This document shows positions 27,296 through 36,766 of a stretch of 60,992 nt of DNA, one piece after another. The position numbers and the translations under genes were made by a program. The notes beneath the pieces were generated by a model. The model searched no databases, was not told where the DNA came from, and was given only the letters and a program-made list of their open reading frames with translations. Each line of letters begins with the position of its first letter. Within the stretch, counting starts at the first letter, position 1. Source of the stretch: Candidatus Vogelbacteria bacterium RIFOXYD1_FULL_51_18 (lineage in GTDB: Bacteria; Patescibacteriota; Minisyncoccia; Phycocordibacterales; UBA9988); contig MHTL01000011.1 of assembly GCA_001823095.1 (NCBI GenBank), forward strand, positions 1 through 60,992, in the 5' to 3' direction.

Positions 27296-28285
27296 ATGAA
27301 AAGAGCTCTGATTACCGGTATTGCGGGGCAGGATGGATCGTATATGGCGGAACTGCTCCTCTCTAAGGGCTACCACGTTTTTGGATTGGTACAAGAGGGG
27401 GGGAATACACGTTACGTTCCGCAGGGGGCAAAAGTGACCTACGGGGACCTACGAGATCCGCAGTCTCTTACAGCTCTTGTTGCGGAGTCACAACCCGATG
27501 AGGTATACAATTTAGCTGGCATCACTGATCTTAAGACTGCGTATGAGCAACCCGAGTTAGCCATGAAGATAAATTATGAGAGCGTTGGCGTACTTCTTAA
27601 TGAAAGTATACGAGTAAATCCACACGTGCATTTTCTTCAGGCATCATCAAGCGAAATATTTATTCCTTCCGAAACTCCGCTCAATGAGGATTCGCCACGT
27701 GATTGGGATACCACTAACCCCTATGCCAGAGCAAAAATGATGGCTGACCGCGACTTTGTCGCTCTCGCGCGGGAGCGTGGCGGACGTTTTGCCTGCTCCG
27801 CGATACTCTTTAACCACGAATCTCCGCGGCGTCCCGAGGCGAGTGTTTTGCGGAAAATTACCAGTACGCTTGCCGCTATCGCCCGCGGCAAAGAAGAGCG
27901 CCTCCGTATCGGCAATGTAACGATGAAGCGCGATTGGGGATTTGCTCCTGACTATGTGCGGGCGATGTGGTCTATGCTACAAATGGATGCTCCCACTGAT
28001 CTGGTTGTGGCTACGGGGGAAACACATTCGGTCCAGGACGCAATTACTATTGCAGCAGAACTTCTGGGTATGAGTCTTTCATGGCAAGGGGGGGGAGTAA
28101 ATACCTGTGCGTACGACAGCGCGGGGAAAAAAGTGGTTGCTGTTGATCCAAATTTCTATAAACCAGCAGAGCAGTATCCTAAGGTAGGAGATACACACAA
28201 AATACAAGAGCTCACTGGCTGGAGCCCCAAAACAAGTTTTACCTCACTCATTAAGACAATGGTTGACTCGGCTCTATCCTCTTAA
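27296..28285 (+). CDS. gmd: GDP-mannose 4,6-dehydratase family
   Basis: ALITGIAGQDGSY, QASSSE, YARAK, ILFNHESPRR, RDWGFAPDYV. Confidence 0.9.
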   Translation: MKRALITGIAGQDGSYMAELLLSKGYHVFGLVQEGGNTRYVPQGAKVTYGDLRDPQSLTALVAESQPDEVYNLAGITDLKTAYEQPELAMKINYESVGVLLNESIRVNPHVHFLQASSSEIFIPSETPLNEDSPRDWDTTNPYARAKMMADRDFVALARERGGRFACSAILFNHESPRRPEASVLRKITSTLAAIARGKEERLRIGNVTMKRDWGFAPDYVRAMWSMLQMDAPTDLVVATGETHSVQDAITIAAELLGMSLSWQGGGVNTCAYDSAGKKVVAVDPNFYKPAEQYPKVGDTHKIQELTGWSPKTSFTSLIKTMVDSALSS

Positions 28286-29522
28286 AGAAAAAAATATTGG
28301 CACCACAGGTGACGAGATGGAAAGCGATTAAACTTAAGACTATTCCCCAAATACCATAGAGGGGAATCAGAATAGCAAAGAGGGCAATTTTTACCGATGG
28401 TCCGATAAAACTCAAGTAGTACTTCTCTCGTATTTTTGCATGCGCAGTGAAGATAGTACTCACAAACATGATAGGAAGTGAGAGAAGTAACGTGAATGAC
28501 AGCGCTTGGGAGTACCTAATTGATTCAAGATATTGGGGGAAGAGGAGCGAGTATAAAAATGGCGCGAGAAGTATGTATACTCCAACAATAACGGCAATAT
28601 AAAAAAAGAGACGAGCACCTTTACGGTACACGTTTTTACGGAGCTCCCCTATGCCTCTCTCTGCAATCTTTGGGAAGATAAGGGTGTCTAATTTTCCAAT
28701 GATTGCCTCTATGTTGCTAATAGGCGCCAGTGCAATGGTGTATACGGCCAACTGAGCTCCCCCTAAAAAATGCCAAAGGAGGAATTTATCTATATTTTGT
28801 GCAACGATGCTAAAAATCCCCATTGCGCTTAAGTGCTTGCCGTAGGAAATAACTTCTGGATCGTAGACACTGTCCCGCATATGTTTTTGTACGGTGAGGT
28901 AGAGGAACAATCCCTTCAGGATTGTATACGGTAAGAAGTAACTCACTAGAAGTACAGTGAGGTTCCCTCCAAAAAACAGCATTCCTATCAAAATGAGCGC
29001 GGGGATGGCGAGTGAGAGCGCGTGGTAGAGCGCGTACTGTTTGAAAAGCTTCTTTCCGCGGAGAAAGTACGAGTATACTTCAAAAGAGTAAAAGAGCGGT
29101 ACAAAGAGTGAAATTATGAAAAGATTGAGAGCAAGAGAGACTGCTCCTTGGGCAAGGTAATAGAGCGCAACCGCGAGACCAGCGAGTGTGCCGAGGAATC
29201 CCCAGAGTAATCGGGTTTTGAATGAGAGCAGGAGAGAATTCTCCATCCCTTGAGCAGCTGCTCTCATGAGGGCAACATTGATGCCGGTGAGTGTGGGAAT
29301 GGCGAGAAAATTAAAGATAGTCAGGATATAGCGATAGGTGCCATACACATCAGGCTCGAGTAAGTTGGCAAAAGCAACCGAGAGACCAAAAGAAACACCA
29401 GACACAATGAGCTGTCCTACAACAAGCCAAAATCCTCCTTTGGCCAGATACACCATATCGGTTTTGAAGTATTTTTCGCTGGAGCGGAGTAGTGTGTATG
29501 TCGCAGATCGCCACTGAACCAT
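28251..29522 (-). CDS. wzx: Wzx-type oligosaccharide flippase
   Basis: About 12 TM helices, LANLL...YGTYRY, DKFLLWHFLGGAQLAVY; start taken at ATG 29522. Confidence 0.88.
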   Translation of the reverse strand: MVQWRSATYTLLRSSEKYFKTDMVYLAKGGFWLVVGQLIVSGVSFGLSVAFANLLEPDVYGTYRYILTIFNFLAIPTLTGINVALMRAAAQGMENSLLLSFKTRLLWGFLGTLAGLAVALYYLAQGAVSLALNLFIISLFVPLFYSFEVYSYFLRGKKLFKQYALYHALSLAIPALILIGMLFFGGNLTVLLVSYFLPYTILKGLFLYLTVQKHMRDSVYDPEVISYGKHLSAMGIFSIVAQNIDKFLLWHFLGGAQLAVYTIALAPISNIEAIIGKLDTLIFPKIAERGIGELRKNVYRKGARLFFYIAVIVGVYILLAPFLYSLLFPQYLESIRYSQALSFTLLLSLPIMFVSTIFTAHAKIREKYYLSFIGPSVKIALFAILIPLYGIWGIVLSLIAFHLVTCGANIFFFKRIEPSQPLS

Positions 29523-29615
29523 GTAAACATCATACAATTTTTTTGCCTCTAGATCAATAGAAATAAAAAAGTCCTCAATGTGCTGCAACAAATTGAGGAC
29601 TAGAGGTCTAGAGGT

Positions 29616-31298
29616 CTACATATCGAGAATCCGTTCAATCTGACCTGTGTCGACGTGTTCTCGCGCTTGCAAGAAGACATCATCAGGCATCTCACCAAAG
29701 TTAAGCGGTGCGCCGTCGCTACCATGCATTACCTTGGTTGCATCATCGAGCTCTAAAATGTAAGCGCGGAGCGCTTCGTTAGCAACTGGCTCACCATCCA
29801 CATGGAAACTGATACCGAAGTTGTAACTAAGCAGTTGTTTGCAGGCTACATCCTTGAACATTGCTGTACCCGGATAAGCAGTGGCGACAAACATCTTCCG
29901 ATTGACCGCCTCTTTGGCTACTAGTTCTTCTTGCCAGAGGATGAAGGCCACGCTGGTCTGAAGGTCACGAAGCGTCTCGCCTGGATAACCCATAATCCAG
30001 GTACAGTTGGCGTGGATACCAACTCTCTGGCAGTTCTGAATGCCCTGTACCATGGTGGTGGGAAAATCAAAACCATTGAGTCGAGTCAAGTCATTCTTCT
30101 GGGCGCCTCGCGGTCGAAGAATGAAGCCACCCTTATTCATTCGTTCAAGGACATTGGGACTAGCACTTTCGGCACCGAAACCGATGTAGATACAGCCAGC
30201 TTCGGCCATCCAGTCGGCTCGTTCATCAGCCGCCTCATCCAGACGAGTGTGCGTGCCCCAGCGCAAACCACCCAAAGGCTCAAAAGCATCAGGTAAGGCC
30301 TTGATACGACGGGGGTCAACGGCGAAGTTGTCGTCATTGAAGCCCAGGAAGTCAATCCGGTAGGTCTCCATCAACCACAGTGCTTCTTGGACAATGTTGC
30401 CCGGCGAGTGCATACCATATAACCGCTCGCCTTGGGCACCGCGATAACAAAAAGCACAAGCATAAGGGCAACCACGACTAGAGACTCTGGTCAGACTTCG
30501 GTTCATCTGGAAGGAGGTGGCCGAACTGTTGTTAGCCTCCAGGCCCCAGACCGGCACTTTAATATACCATTCCATGATCGGGTTGCCATCAACATCTTGG
30601 TGGAGTAGATCCCATGCGGCAAAAGGCAATCTATCAAGACCTCTTGGTCGGTCACCGGCATAAAGGAAACGGGTCCGACCACCAATCTTGCCCAAACACT
30701 CATGGAGATGAGACATACCTCGCCGTTGGTGTCGCTTCGCCTCGAGGACGTCTTTGGCTAAGATCGGTAAGATATCATCGCCTTCAGAGTGGGCAACGCA
30801 ATCAAGCTCGGGCAACCACTCGAACAGTCCGCCCTTGATCTCGGTGGCAAGGCCCCCACCAGAGATGATAAAAGCGTCCGGCACCAATTGGCGACAAATG
30901 GCAGTCGCCCATTCTTGCCAACGGAGTGTGGTAATCATTCCCGACAGGGCGATGATGTCTGGCTCGCCATGCCGGTGGAAGTGACGAGTCAAGAGACCCT
31001 CGGCTTCTTTGGGTGTAAGGTGACGGCCGTGTGCTTTGCCAGCTAAGTGGGCGGTCTCGTCTTTGATTCGGTAAGCGTTCAGGTCAACAATGCTCACTTC
31101 GGCGCCAAATTGGCGCAGACGAGCGGCCAACAGCCCTGGCCCTTGCGGTGGTGTGTTAGGGGTCGCCGATTCGCGTAGTGGCATATTGATAAAGACAACC
31201 GTCAATCCCTCCAAATCGCGATATGTCATTTCTTGGACGAGTTCTGCCGGATGGAGAACCCTTGTTCGTGTGGGGATTTGTACAGGGGCCTCTGTCAT
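29616..31298 (-). CDS. B12-binding radical SAM protein
   Basis: SRGCPYACAFC (CxxxCxxC), DDNF, GAESAS, MGYPGET; N-terminal cobalamin-binding Rossmoid domain; AAGGAGG SD. Confidence 0.92.
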   Translation of the reverse strand: MTEAPVQIPTRTRVLHPAELVQEMTYRDLEGLTVVFINMPLRESATPNTPPQGPGLLAARLRQFGAEVSIVDLNAYRIKDETAHLAGKAHGRHLTPKEAEGLLTRHFHRHGEPDIIALSGMITTLRWQEWATAICRQLVPDAFIISGGGLATEIKGGLFEWLPELDCVAHSEGDDILPILAKDVLEAKRHQRRGMSHLHECLGKIGGRTRFLYAGDRPRGLDRLPFAAWDLLHQDVDGNPIMEWYIKVPVWGLEANNSSATSFQMNRSLTRVSSRGCPYACAFCYRGAQGERLYGMHSPGNIVQEALWLMETYRIDFLGFNDDNFAVDPRRIKALPDAFEPLGGLRWGTHTRLDEAADERADWMAEAGCIYIGFGAESASPNVLERMNKGGFILRPRGAQKNDLTRLNGFDFPTTMVQGIQNCQRVGIHANCTWIMGYPGETLRDLQTSVAFILWQEELVAKEAVNRKMFVATAYPGTAMFKDVACKQLLSYNFGISFHVDGEPVANEALRAYILELDDATKVMHGSDGAPLNFGEMPDDVFLQAREHVDTGQIERILDM

Positions 31299-31446
31299 AA
31301 GAGCTCCTCCTTTTCTTTTCTGTATCAGATTTAGTATGGATTCTCAAAGAACCACTCTTGAGGTAGTATGCATTATCTTTTAATTTTAGCAAGAGGCACT
31401 CTCTGAACTTATTGACCAGAAAGATGAAGAGTGCTATTGTTCTTTT

Positions 31447-32256
31447 GTGAATACTATCAGTATTATTCAGGGGCGACTCTCCCCATCCTTAGAGGGCCGT
31501 TTCCAATTCTTCCCCTCCACTTGGATGGATGAATTTCCTCTCGCTAAAGAAATGGGCTTTAATGCCATTGATTGGTTTTTAGATCGTGGTATTGCAAAAT
31601 TTGATCCCATACATGATGTATGGGCTAAGCAAGAGGTGCTCAAAGATATTGATCAGGCACGAACTATCCTCCCTATCAGCTCAATTGATTGCGGACCGTA
31701 TTCTTTGTTTGGAGAAGCTGGTAAAACTTCTCTCGCTGACTTCCTCACACTCTTACCTGCGCTCATTCCACGGCTAGAAAGTAAAATTATCACGATTCCC
31801 CTCGTAGAGGAGTGTGCGCCAAAAACAGAGGAGCAAAAACGAGAGGCTCATGAGACACTCCGTCAGATCACCGAGCTTGCACACTCACTTGGCGCTCGTA
31901 TTGCTCTTGAAACGGAGTTACCAGCAGAAGAGCTCGCTTCCTTCATTGATTCATTTAATAGTCCCGCTATTGGTGTGTGCTACGATACGGGTAATACGAC
32001 TACCTTTGGTTTTGATTGTCCAAATGAAATCCGTACCCTCAATGAAAAAATCTTCTCTGTGCACCTTAAAGATCGCAAGGTGGGGAGCACCCAATCGCTC
32101 CTTCTCGGTACAGGGGACGTTGCTTTTGATGAGTGTTTCCGCGCGCTTAAAGAGATTCATTTTACTGGTCCCTACACGCTCCAAGCGTGGCGCGGGGAAG
32201 ACTATTTACAAGATGCAAAAGATCAGCTCGCTTTTGTAAAAACAAAACTTACTTAA
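31447..32256 (+). CDS. Sugar-phosphate isomerase/epimerase (xylose-isomerase-like TIM barrel)
   Basis: IIQGRLSP, ALETE, YDTGN, VHLKDR, GTGDV. Confidence 0.9.
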   Translation: MNTISIIQGRLSPSLEGRFQFFPSTWMDEFPLAKEMGFNAIDWFLDRGIAKFDPIHDVWAKQEVLKDIDQARTILPISSIDCGPYSLFGEAGKTSLADFLTLLPALIPRLESKIITIPLVEECAPKTEEQKREAHETLRQITELAHSLGARIALETELPAEELASFIDSFNSPAIGVCYDTGNTTTFGFDCPNEIRTLNEKIFSVHLKDRKVGSTQSLLLGTGDVAFDECFRALKEIHFTGPYTLQAWRGEDYLQDAKDQLAFVKTKLT

Positions 32257-32260
32257 CACT

Positions 32261-33040
32261 ATGCCTCATAACCCACTCAAACTTTTTTCTCTCAAAGGTA
32301 AGGTCATCATCATTACCGGTGGTGCAGGATTTTTAGGGACGCAGTATGCGCGCGCGCTCACAGGAGCTGGAGCAAAAGTAATGCTTTGGGATATGAAAAA
32401 AGCTCCCGGAGTAGAACTGGTAGATATTACTGATGAGCCTACCGTTCAGGCGGCGGTAAAGAAAATTATCAAAAAGTATGGACGTATAGATGCACTGGTT
32501 AACAATGCCGCAATGAATCCCGCTGTTGGTAGCCCTGAATCACAAACGCAGTTTGTCCCGTATGAAAAATATCCGATAGACCTCTGGAAGCAAGAGCTCA
32601 TGGTGAATCTTACTGGTATGATGATCTGCACCAAGGCGGTTGCGCCAATCATGATGAAGCAGAAGTCTGGTTCAATTGTAAACATAGCTTCAGAACTTTC
32701 TGTTACAGCCCATGATTATCGATTTTACGATGATCCCAAGAATAAAAAGTATAAATCTGTTGGATATACAACAACTAAATCAGGCGTGCTTGGTTTAACG
32801 CGGCAGTGGGCTGTGCGCCTCGGTCAATATAATGTTCGGATCAACGCCTTCTCACCCGTTGGAATGCAGACAGATAAGACTCCGAAAGATTTTATCAAAC
32901 GCTATGCTCATTCAATAATGTTTGGACGAATGGCCAGACCGGGGGAATATACTGGCGCTATAATTTTCCTTTGCAGTGATGCTTCAGCGTTTATGACAGG
33001 GCATAACTTAGTTATAGATGGGGGTAAGACTGCGTGGTAA
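32261..33040 (+). CDS. SDR-family oxidoreductase
   Basis: TGGAGFLG, LVNNAA, NIAS, YTTTK, VRINAFSP. Confidence 0.95.
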   Translation: MPHNPLKLFSLKGKVIIITGGAGFLGTQYARALTGAGAKVMLWDMKKAPGVELVDITDEPTVQAAVKKIIKKYGRIDALVNNAAMNPAVGSPESQTQFVPYEKYPIDLWKQELMVNLTGMMICTKAVAPIMMKQKSGSIVNIASELSVTAHDYRFYDDPKNKKYKSVGYTTTKSGVLGLTRQWAVRLGQYNVRINAFSPVGMQTDKTPKDFIKRYAHSIMFGRMARPGEYTGAIIFLCSDASAFMTGHNLVIDGGKTAW

Positions 33041-33044
33041 TAGA

Positions 33045-34002
33045 TGTACATAATAGACGTATTAAGTTCAATACCTTGGAACCAGTGAGAGAGGTGTCTG
33101 ATAATTGATTCCCATGTGGGAACGCTCTGTATTGTACCAAAACAAATACTCACGCAGTGCATGTTTAAACCCAACAACCGTGTGCACAGTCTGATCCACA
33201 CACTCCTCTTGCAGTGTCCGATTAAACCGTTCAATGTGCGCATTGTCGTTTGATTGTCGTACCCGTGAGTGTCGGAGTGCAATACCCTGTGTCACAAGTG
33301 CATGCGTGAACCACGTGGAGAACTCACTGCCGTGGTCTGTCTGCACCATCACAAAAAGGAAGGATGCAGACTTCTGTGCTTGCTCAATGAAGCGCGCACT
33401 CCTTTGTGCACTAATTCGTTCCACCACCTCTGCGTATGCCCACCTACTAAAGAGGTCAATGAGAGTGTACACATACAACCGTGAACCATCAGGCAACACG
33501 AAGTGCACTGTATCAGCTTGCAACAGAGCCCCGCACGCTGTTACCACTGGTCTCTCGGTATAGTCATGGGGTCGCTTCCAAGGAGATCGTTTCTTAATGA
33601 GGTGACAGCGATTCAACACCCGCTTCACTGAGGAGAGCGAGACTAACACACCCTTGTTCTTGAGCGTATGGTGCACATGTTCAGCACAACGACTCCTTCC
33701 CATCCTTTCACTAATAATTGCTTCCACGAGCTCACGCGACAGAGAGAGTGGATGGTGTTTTGGCTTTGAGCTCTGTGTGGGTATCGATCCATACCCCCAG
33801 ACTTCTGCCTTTTTCTTCCACTTCACCACTGCAGAGTGACTAAATCCACAGTGACGAGCCACCTTCCTTGTGCTCCAACCCTTCCTCACGAGCTCCACCG
33901 CCTGTCCCCGTACCTTAGGAAGATTGGGATTTTGTGTGTATGCCATATATGGCTTAGTTTAGCCCTCAGAGTGGTTCCAAGCTATTGAACCATTACGAGA
34001 CA
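33045..34002 (-). mobile_element. IS481-family insertion sequence (left boundary approximate)
   Basis: Inverted repeats GTTCAATACCTTGGAACCAGT (33066-86) and AGTGGTTCCAAGCTATTGAAC (33970-90), 19/21; right end ...GAGACA (5'-TGT on minus strand). Confidence 0.8.
33068..33946 (-). CDS. IS481-family DDE transposase
   Basis: N-terminal HTH; LQADT, QTDHGSEF, NAHIERFNRTL (D-D-E intact). Confidence 0.92.
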   Translation of the reverse strand: MAYTQNPNLPKVRGQAVELVRKGWSTRKVARHCGFSHSAVVKWKKKAEVWGYGSIPTQSSKPKHHPLSLSRELVEAIISERMGRSRCAEHVHHTLKNKGVLVSLSSVKRVLNRCHLIKKRSPWKRPHDYTERPVVTACGALLQADTVHFVLPDGSRLYVYTLIDLFSRWAYAEVVERISAQRSARFIEQAQKSASFLFVMVQTDHGSEFSTWFTHALVTQGIALRHSRVRQSNDNAHIERFNRTLQEECVDQTVHTVVGFKHALREYLFWYNTERSHMGINYQTPLSLVPRY

Positions 34003-34101
34003 TTGACAGAAGATTTGGGGTATGCTACAATAGAACACAGATAGAAACCCGAGGTAGTGCCTCGTAAAAAAGAACCTTGAAGTAGAAAGGAGTAAAGAGT
34101 A

Positions 34102-34710
34102 ATGACCGATGTTCATGAAGAGGTGCAGTTGCTAGCTCAAAAAATCAAGGCAGTCATCTTTGATGTTGATGGAGTCGTATTCCCCGCGGAGGTAACCGAA
34201 GGGTGGTACGACGCGGAGGGTAAACCTATTCGCGTAAAAACGCGGAGTTACACGGATGGTCAAGGCGTCTCCTTGCTCCGTGCAATCCATTTGCCCGTTG
34301 CCTTCATTACAAACGAGCATGGTGACCATGCGCGTGCAATCTCTGGAGTCGTTGAGAAGTGGAACACCCTCCCCTCCTCTACAAAAGCTCCTGGGGATGG
34401 AGGGTGGCCGTCTGTCCACCTTTACACTGGTATGGGTGGGGAGAAAAAGGTGGTCGCCGCCAAACAATTTCTGCAAAAGGTTGGTCTTAGATCGCTCCAA
34501 GATTGTGCAATGATGGGAGATGATCTCGTTGATGTACCTCTACTACGTCTCGTCTCCCTTCGTGCAGCACCAGCTCAGGCAGAAGACGTGGTAAAAAACT
34601 TGTGCCATTTTGTTGCTAAGCGAGATGGTGGTAAGGGAGCAATTCGTGACCTAGCTAACTTTATTCTTGATGCACGGGGTATAGACCCAACAACATTGCC
34701 CCCAAACTAA
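34102..34710 (+). CDS. KdsC-like HAD phosphatase, paralogue 1
   Basis: FDVDGV, DGQG, EKK, MGDDLVD, GGKGAIRD. Confidence 0.9.
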   Translation: MTDVHEEVQLLAQKIKAVIFDVDGVVFPAEVTEGWYDAEGKPIRVKTRSYTDGQGVSLLRAIHLPVAFITNEHGDHARAISGVVEKWNTLPSSTKAPGDGGWPSVHLYTGMGGEKKVVAAKQFLQKVGLRSLQDCAMMGDDLVDVPLLRLVSLRAAPAQAEDVVKNLCHFVAKRDGGKGAIRDLANFILDARGIDPTTLPPN

Positions 34711-34720
34711 GCAGTACCCA

Positions 34721-34752
34721 CCCCCTCCTCGCCATAGCGATGAGGGGGTTTT
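34721..34752 (+). terminator. Intrinsic terminator
   Basis: CCCCCTC...GAGGGGG-TTTT. Confidence 0.7.
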
Positions 34753-34940
34753 CTAATACCCCAAGAGGCATTTAACTTTGTCGTACTGTGGGGGTTTATT
34801 AGGTATGACATATCCCTGATCTTAACCCCTCAAGTGTTGTGAAGCCCATGAGACATTACGTACGGTTGACGGCGGAAAAACCGTATGGTAGATTAACGGT
34901 TGCTGTTTGAAAAACAAGACTCTAAAGGAGGAAAAGAAAA

Positions 34941-35522
34941 GTGGACCGATTACTCGTTGATCTTGCTAAAGATGTTAAGGCTATTGCGTTTGACTTTGAT
35001 GGTGTGTTCACAGACAACAGGGAACTGCTCGGATTCCCTGAGGGGGTGGTTGTTAAAGAGAGGAGCCATTATGATGGCCAAGGAGTTTCTTTACTCCGAG
35101 ACATTGGCATCTATATTGCTCTGGTCACTAATCAAAAAGAAAAGAGCGCTGAACCTGCTCACTTTCTTGTGAAGAAATGGAATGCGTTGCCCTCGGCCCA
35201 GCCCTTCGTAATAAATCCTTGGCATCCCGTTACTTTGTTTACCGGGGTAGGTCATGTTAAGAAGGCAGAAGCTGTGGGTGCATGGTTGGAGGAACTTCAC
35301 TTGTGTCCAGGGGACTGCGCTGCGATGGGGGATGATATTGTTGATGTACCCCTCTTGCAGTTTGTTAGCCTTCGAGCTGCTCCCTGTACGGCCGAAAAAG
35401 TTGTGCGAGATATGGTGCACTATCTGAGCGAGCGTCCTGCTGGGTATGGTGCTGTGCGTGATTTTGCTAATCTCATTCTTGAGTCTCGTGGTATTGATCC
35501 ACGCACCCTTCGCCCATTCTAG
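34941..35522 (+). CDS. KdsC-like HAD phosphatase, paralogue 2
   Basis: FDFDGV, DGQG, MGDDIVD, GYGAVRD; GTG start after AAGGAGG. Confidence 0.9.
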   Translation: MDRLLVDLAKDVKAIAFDFDGVFTDNRELLGFPEGVVVKERSHYDGQGVSLLRDIGIYIALVTNQKEKSAEPAHFLVKKWNALPSAQPFVINPWHPVTLFTGVGHVKKAEAVGAWLEELHLCPGDCAAMGDDIVDVPLLQFVSLRAAPCTAEKVVRDMVHYLSERPAGYGAVRDFANLILESRGIDPRTLRPF

Positions 35523-35528
35523 TGTACG

Positions 35529-35570
35529 CCCTTATTCCTCAGTATTTTGGAATAAGGGTTTTGTTTTTTT
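35529..35570. terminator. Terminator between convergent paralogues 2 and 3
   Basis: CCCTTATTCC/GGAATAAGGG with T-run. Confidence 0.7.
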
Positions 35571-35573
35571 AGA

Positions 35574-36113
35574 TTATAGGACCAGTTTTGTCAGATCAAA
35601 TCCTTGAGCAATCAACAAAGCTTCAATAATCTCTCGTATGGCACCCCTTCCTCCATGCTTCGTGGTAACATGGTGGGCAGCTTGTATAACAAGAGGATGT
35701 CCATCAGGTACGGTGACTGCAAGTCCCACCGCATGTAAGATTGCTAAATCATTAATATCATCACCCATGTAGGCAACTTCTAGTACAGTAATTCCTAACT
35801 CCTGACAATGAGTAGTGAGTATATCTAATTTACCGTTCCCTTTTTCTACCGACTGCCAGTAGTGTAGCTGGAGCTTTTTTGCTCGTGCGGCGACAACAGG
35901 ATTTGGTTCTCGGGAGATAATGCAGGCAGGGATCTGTGCGTGGCGCAACATCTCAAACCCGAGGCCATCTCGTCGATCACAGCGAACAGTCTCCTTTTCA
36001 TTTTCGTCCACGTACACTGACCCATCAGTAAAAATACCGTCAAAATCTAGAGCAAGTAATTTAATTTTTGCTAAGCGTTCCTGTATGTCCTGTGTGGAGA
36101 GTTGAGCGTTCAT
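35574..36113 (-). CDS. KdsC-like HAD phosphatase, paralogue 3
   Basis: LDFDGIFTD, RRDGLG, GKL, YMGDDIND, GGRGAIRE. Confidence 0.93.
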   Translation of the reverse strand: MNAQLSTQDIQERLAKIKLLALDFDGIFTDGSVYVDENEKETVRCDRRDGLGFEMLRHAQIPACIISREPNPVVAARAKKLQLHYWQSVEKGNGKLDILTTHCQELGITVLEVAYMGDDINDLAILHAVGLAVTVPDGHPLVIQAAHHVTTKHGGRGAIREIIEALLIAQGFDLTKLVL

Positions 36114-36229
36114 AAGATGCCCTTAGCATACCCCATTTGAGACTTAAAATAAAGGTATTGCAAAGTCAAGAAATATATGCTATAAACTCTTTAGCGAGAT
36201 CTTTTCCAAAAAACTGAAAGGAGCAATGT

Positions 36230-36766
36230 ATGAACATTACCGATATCTCTGTAGAAAGATGGCTACAGATCAGGCTTTTTGTCCTTGATTTTGATGGCAT
36301 CCTCAATGACGGATATGTCTATATCTGCGAGACAGGGTTAGAGACTAACCGTTTTAGCCACTTGGACGGTAAGGGTGTTGATCATCTCTTAGCGGCCGGC
36401 ATCATTGTTCACGTTCTCTCGGGTCAGGTAAACAAGATTGTGGAGACACGATGCACCAAGCTTAAAATCAGCTGGGATTCTGGCCGAACGCTCAAGAGCG
36501 CTGAAGGCAAGCTGGCGGGGTTTGAACAAATCCTCCTTCGCCACGGCCTACAGTCCGACGAGAGCCTGTACATGGGTGATGACGTGAATGACCTCCTAGT
36601 ACTTCAGCGTGCGGGTATTGGCATCACCGTGCCCAATGGGCATCCTCTGGTGCTACAGAAATGTCCGTTGGTTACCGTGGCTCGTGGCGGACACGGGGCG
36701 GTCCGTGAAGTGGTGGACTATCTCTTGCATCTGCAAGACATTAATCGAAGAAAGGAGGAGGAATGA
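36230..36766 (+). CDS. KdsC-like HAD phosphatase, paralogue 4
   Basis: LDFDGILND, LDGKG, GKL, YMGDDVND, GGHGAVRE. Confidence 0.93.
   Translation: MNITDISVERWLQIRLFVLDFDGILNDGYVYICETGLETNRFSHLDGKGVDHLLAAGIIVHVLSGQVNKIVETRCTKLKISWDSGRTLKSAEGKLAGFEQILLRHGLQSDESLYMGDDVNDLLVLQRAGIGITVPNGHPLVLQKCPLVTVARGGHGAVREVVDYLLHLQDINRRKEEE

Noticed and set aside
33040-34010. IS481 target-site duplication
   Set aside because: Flanks do not match for either candidate left end.
34102-36766. Kdo/LPS biosynthesis (kdsC)
   Set aside because: No kdsA/kdsB/lpx genes; neighbours are NeuB/NeuA-type, so no gene symbol assigned.
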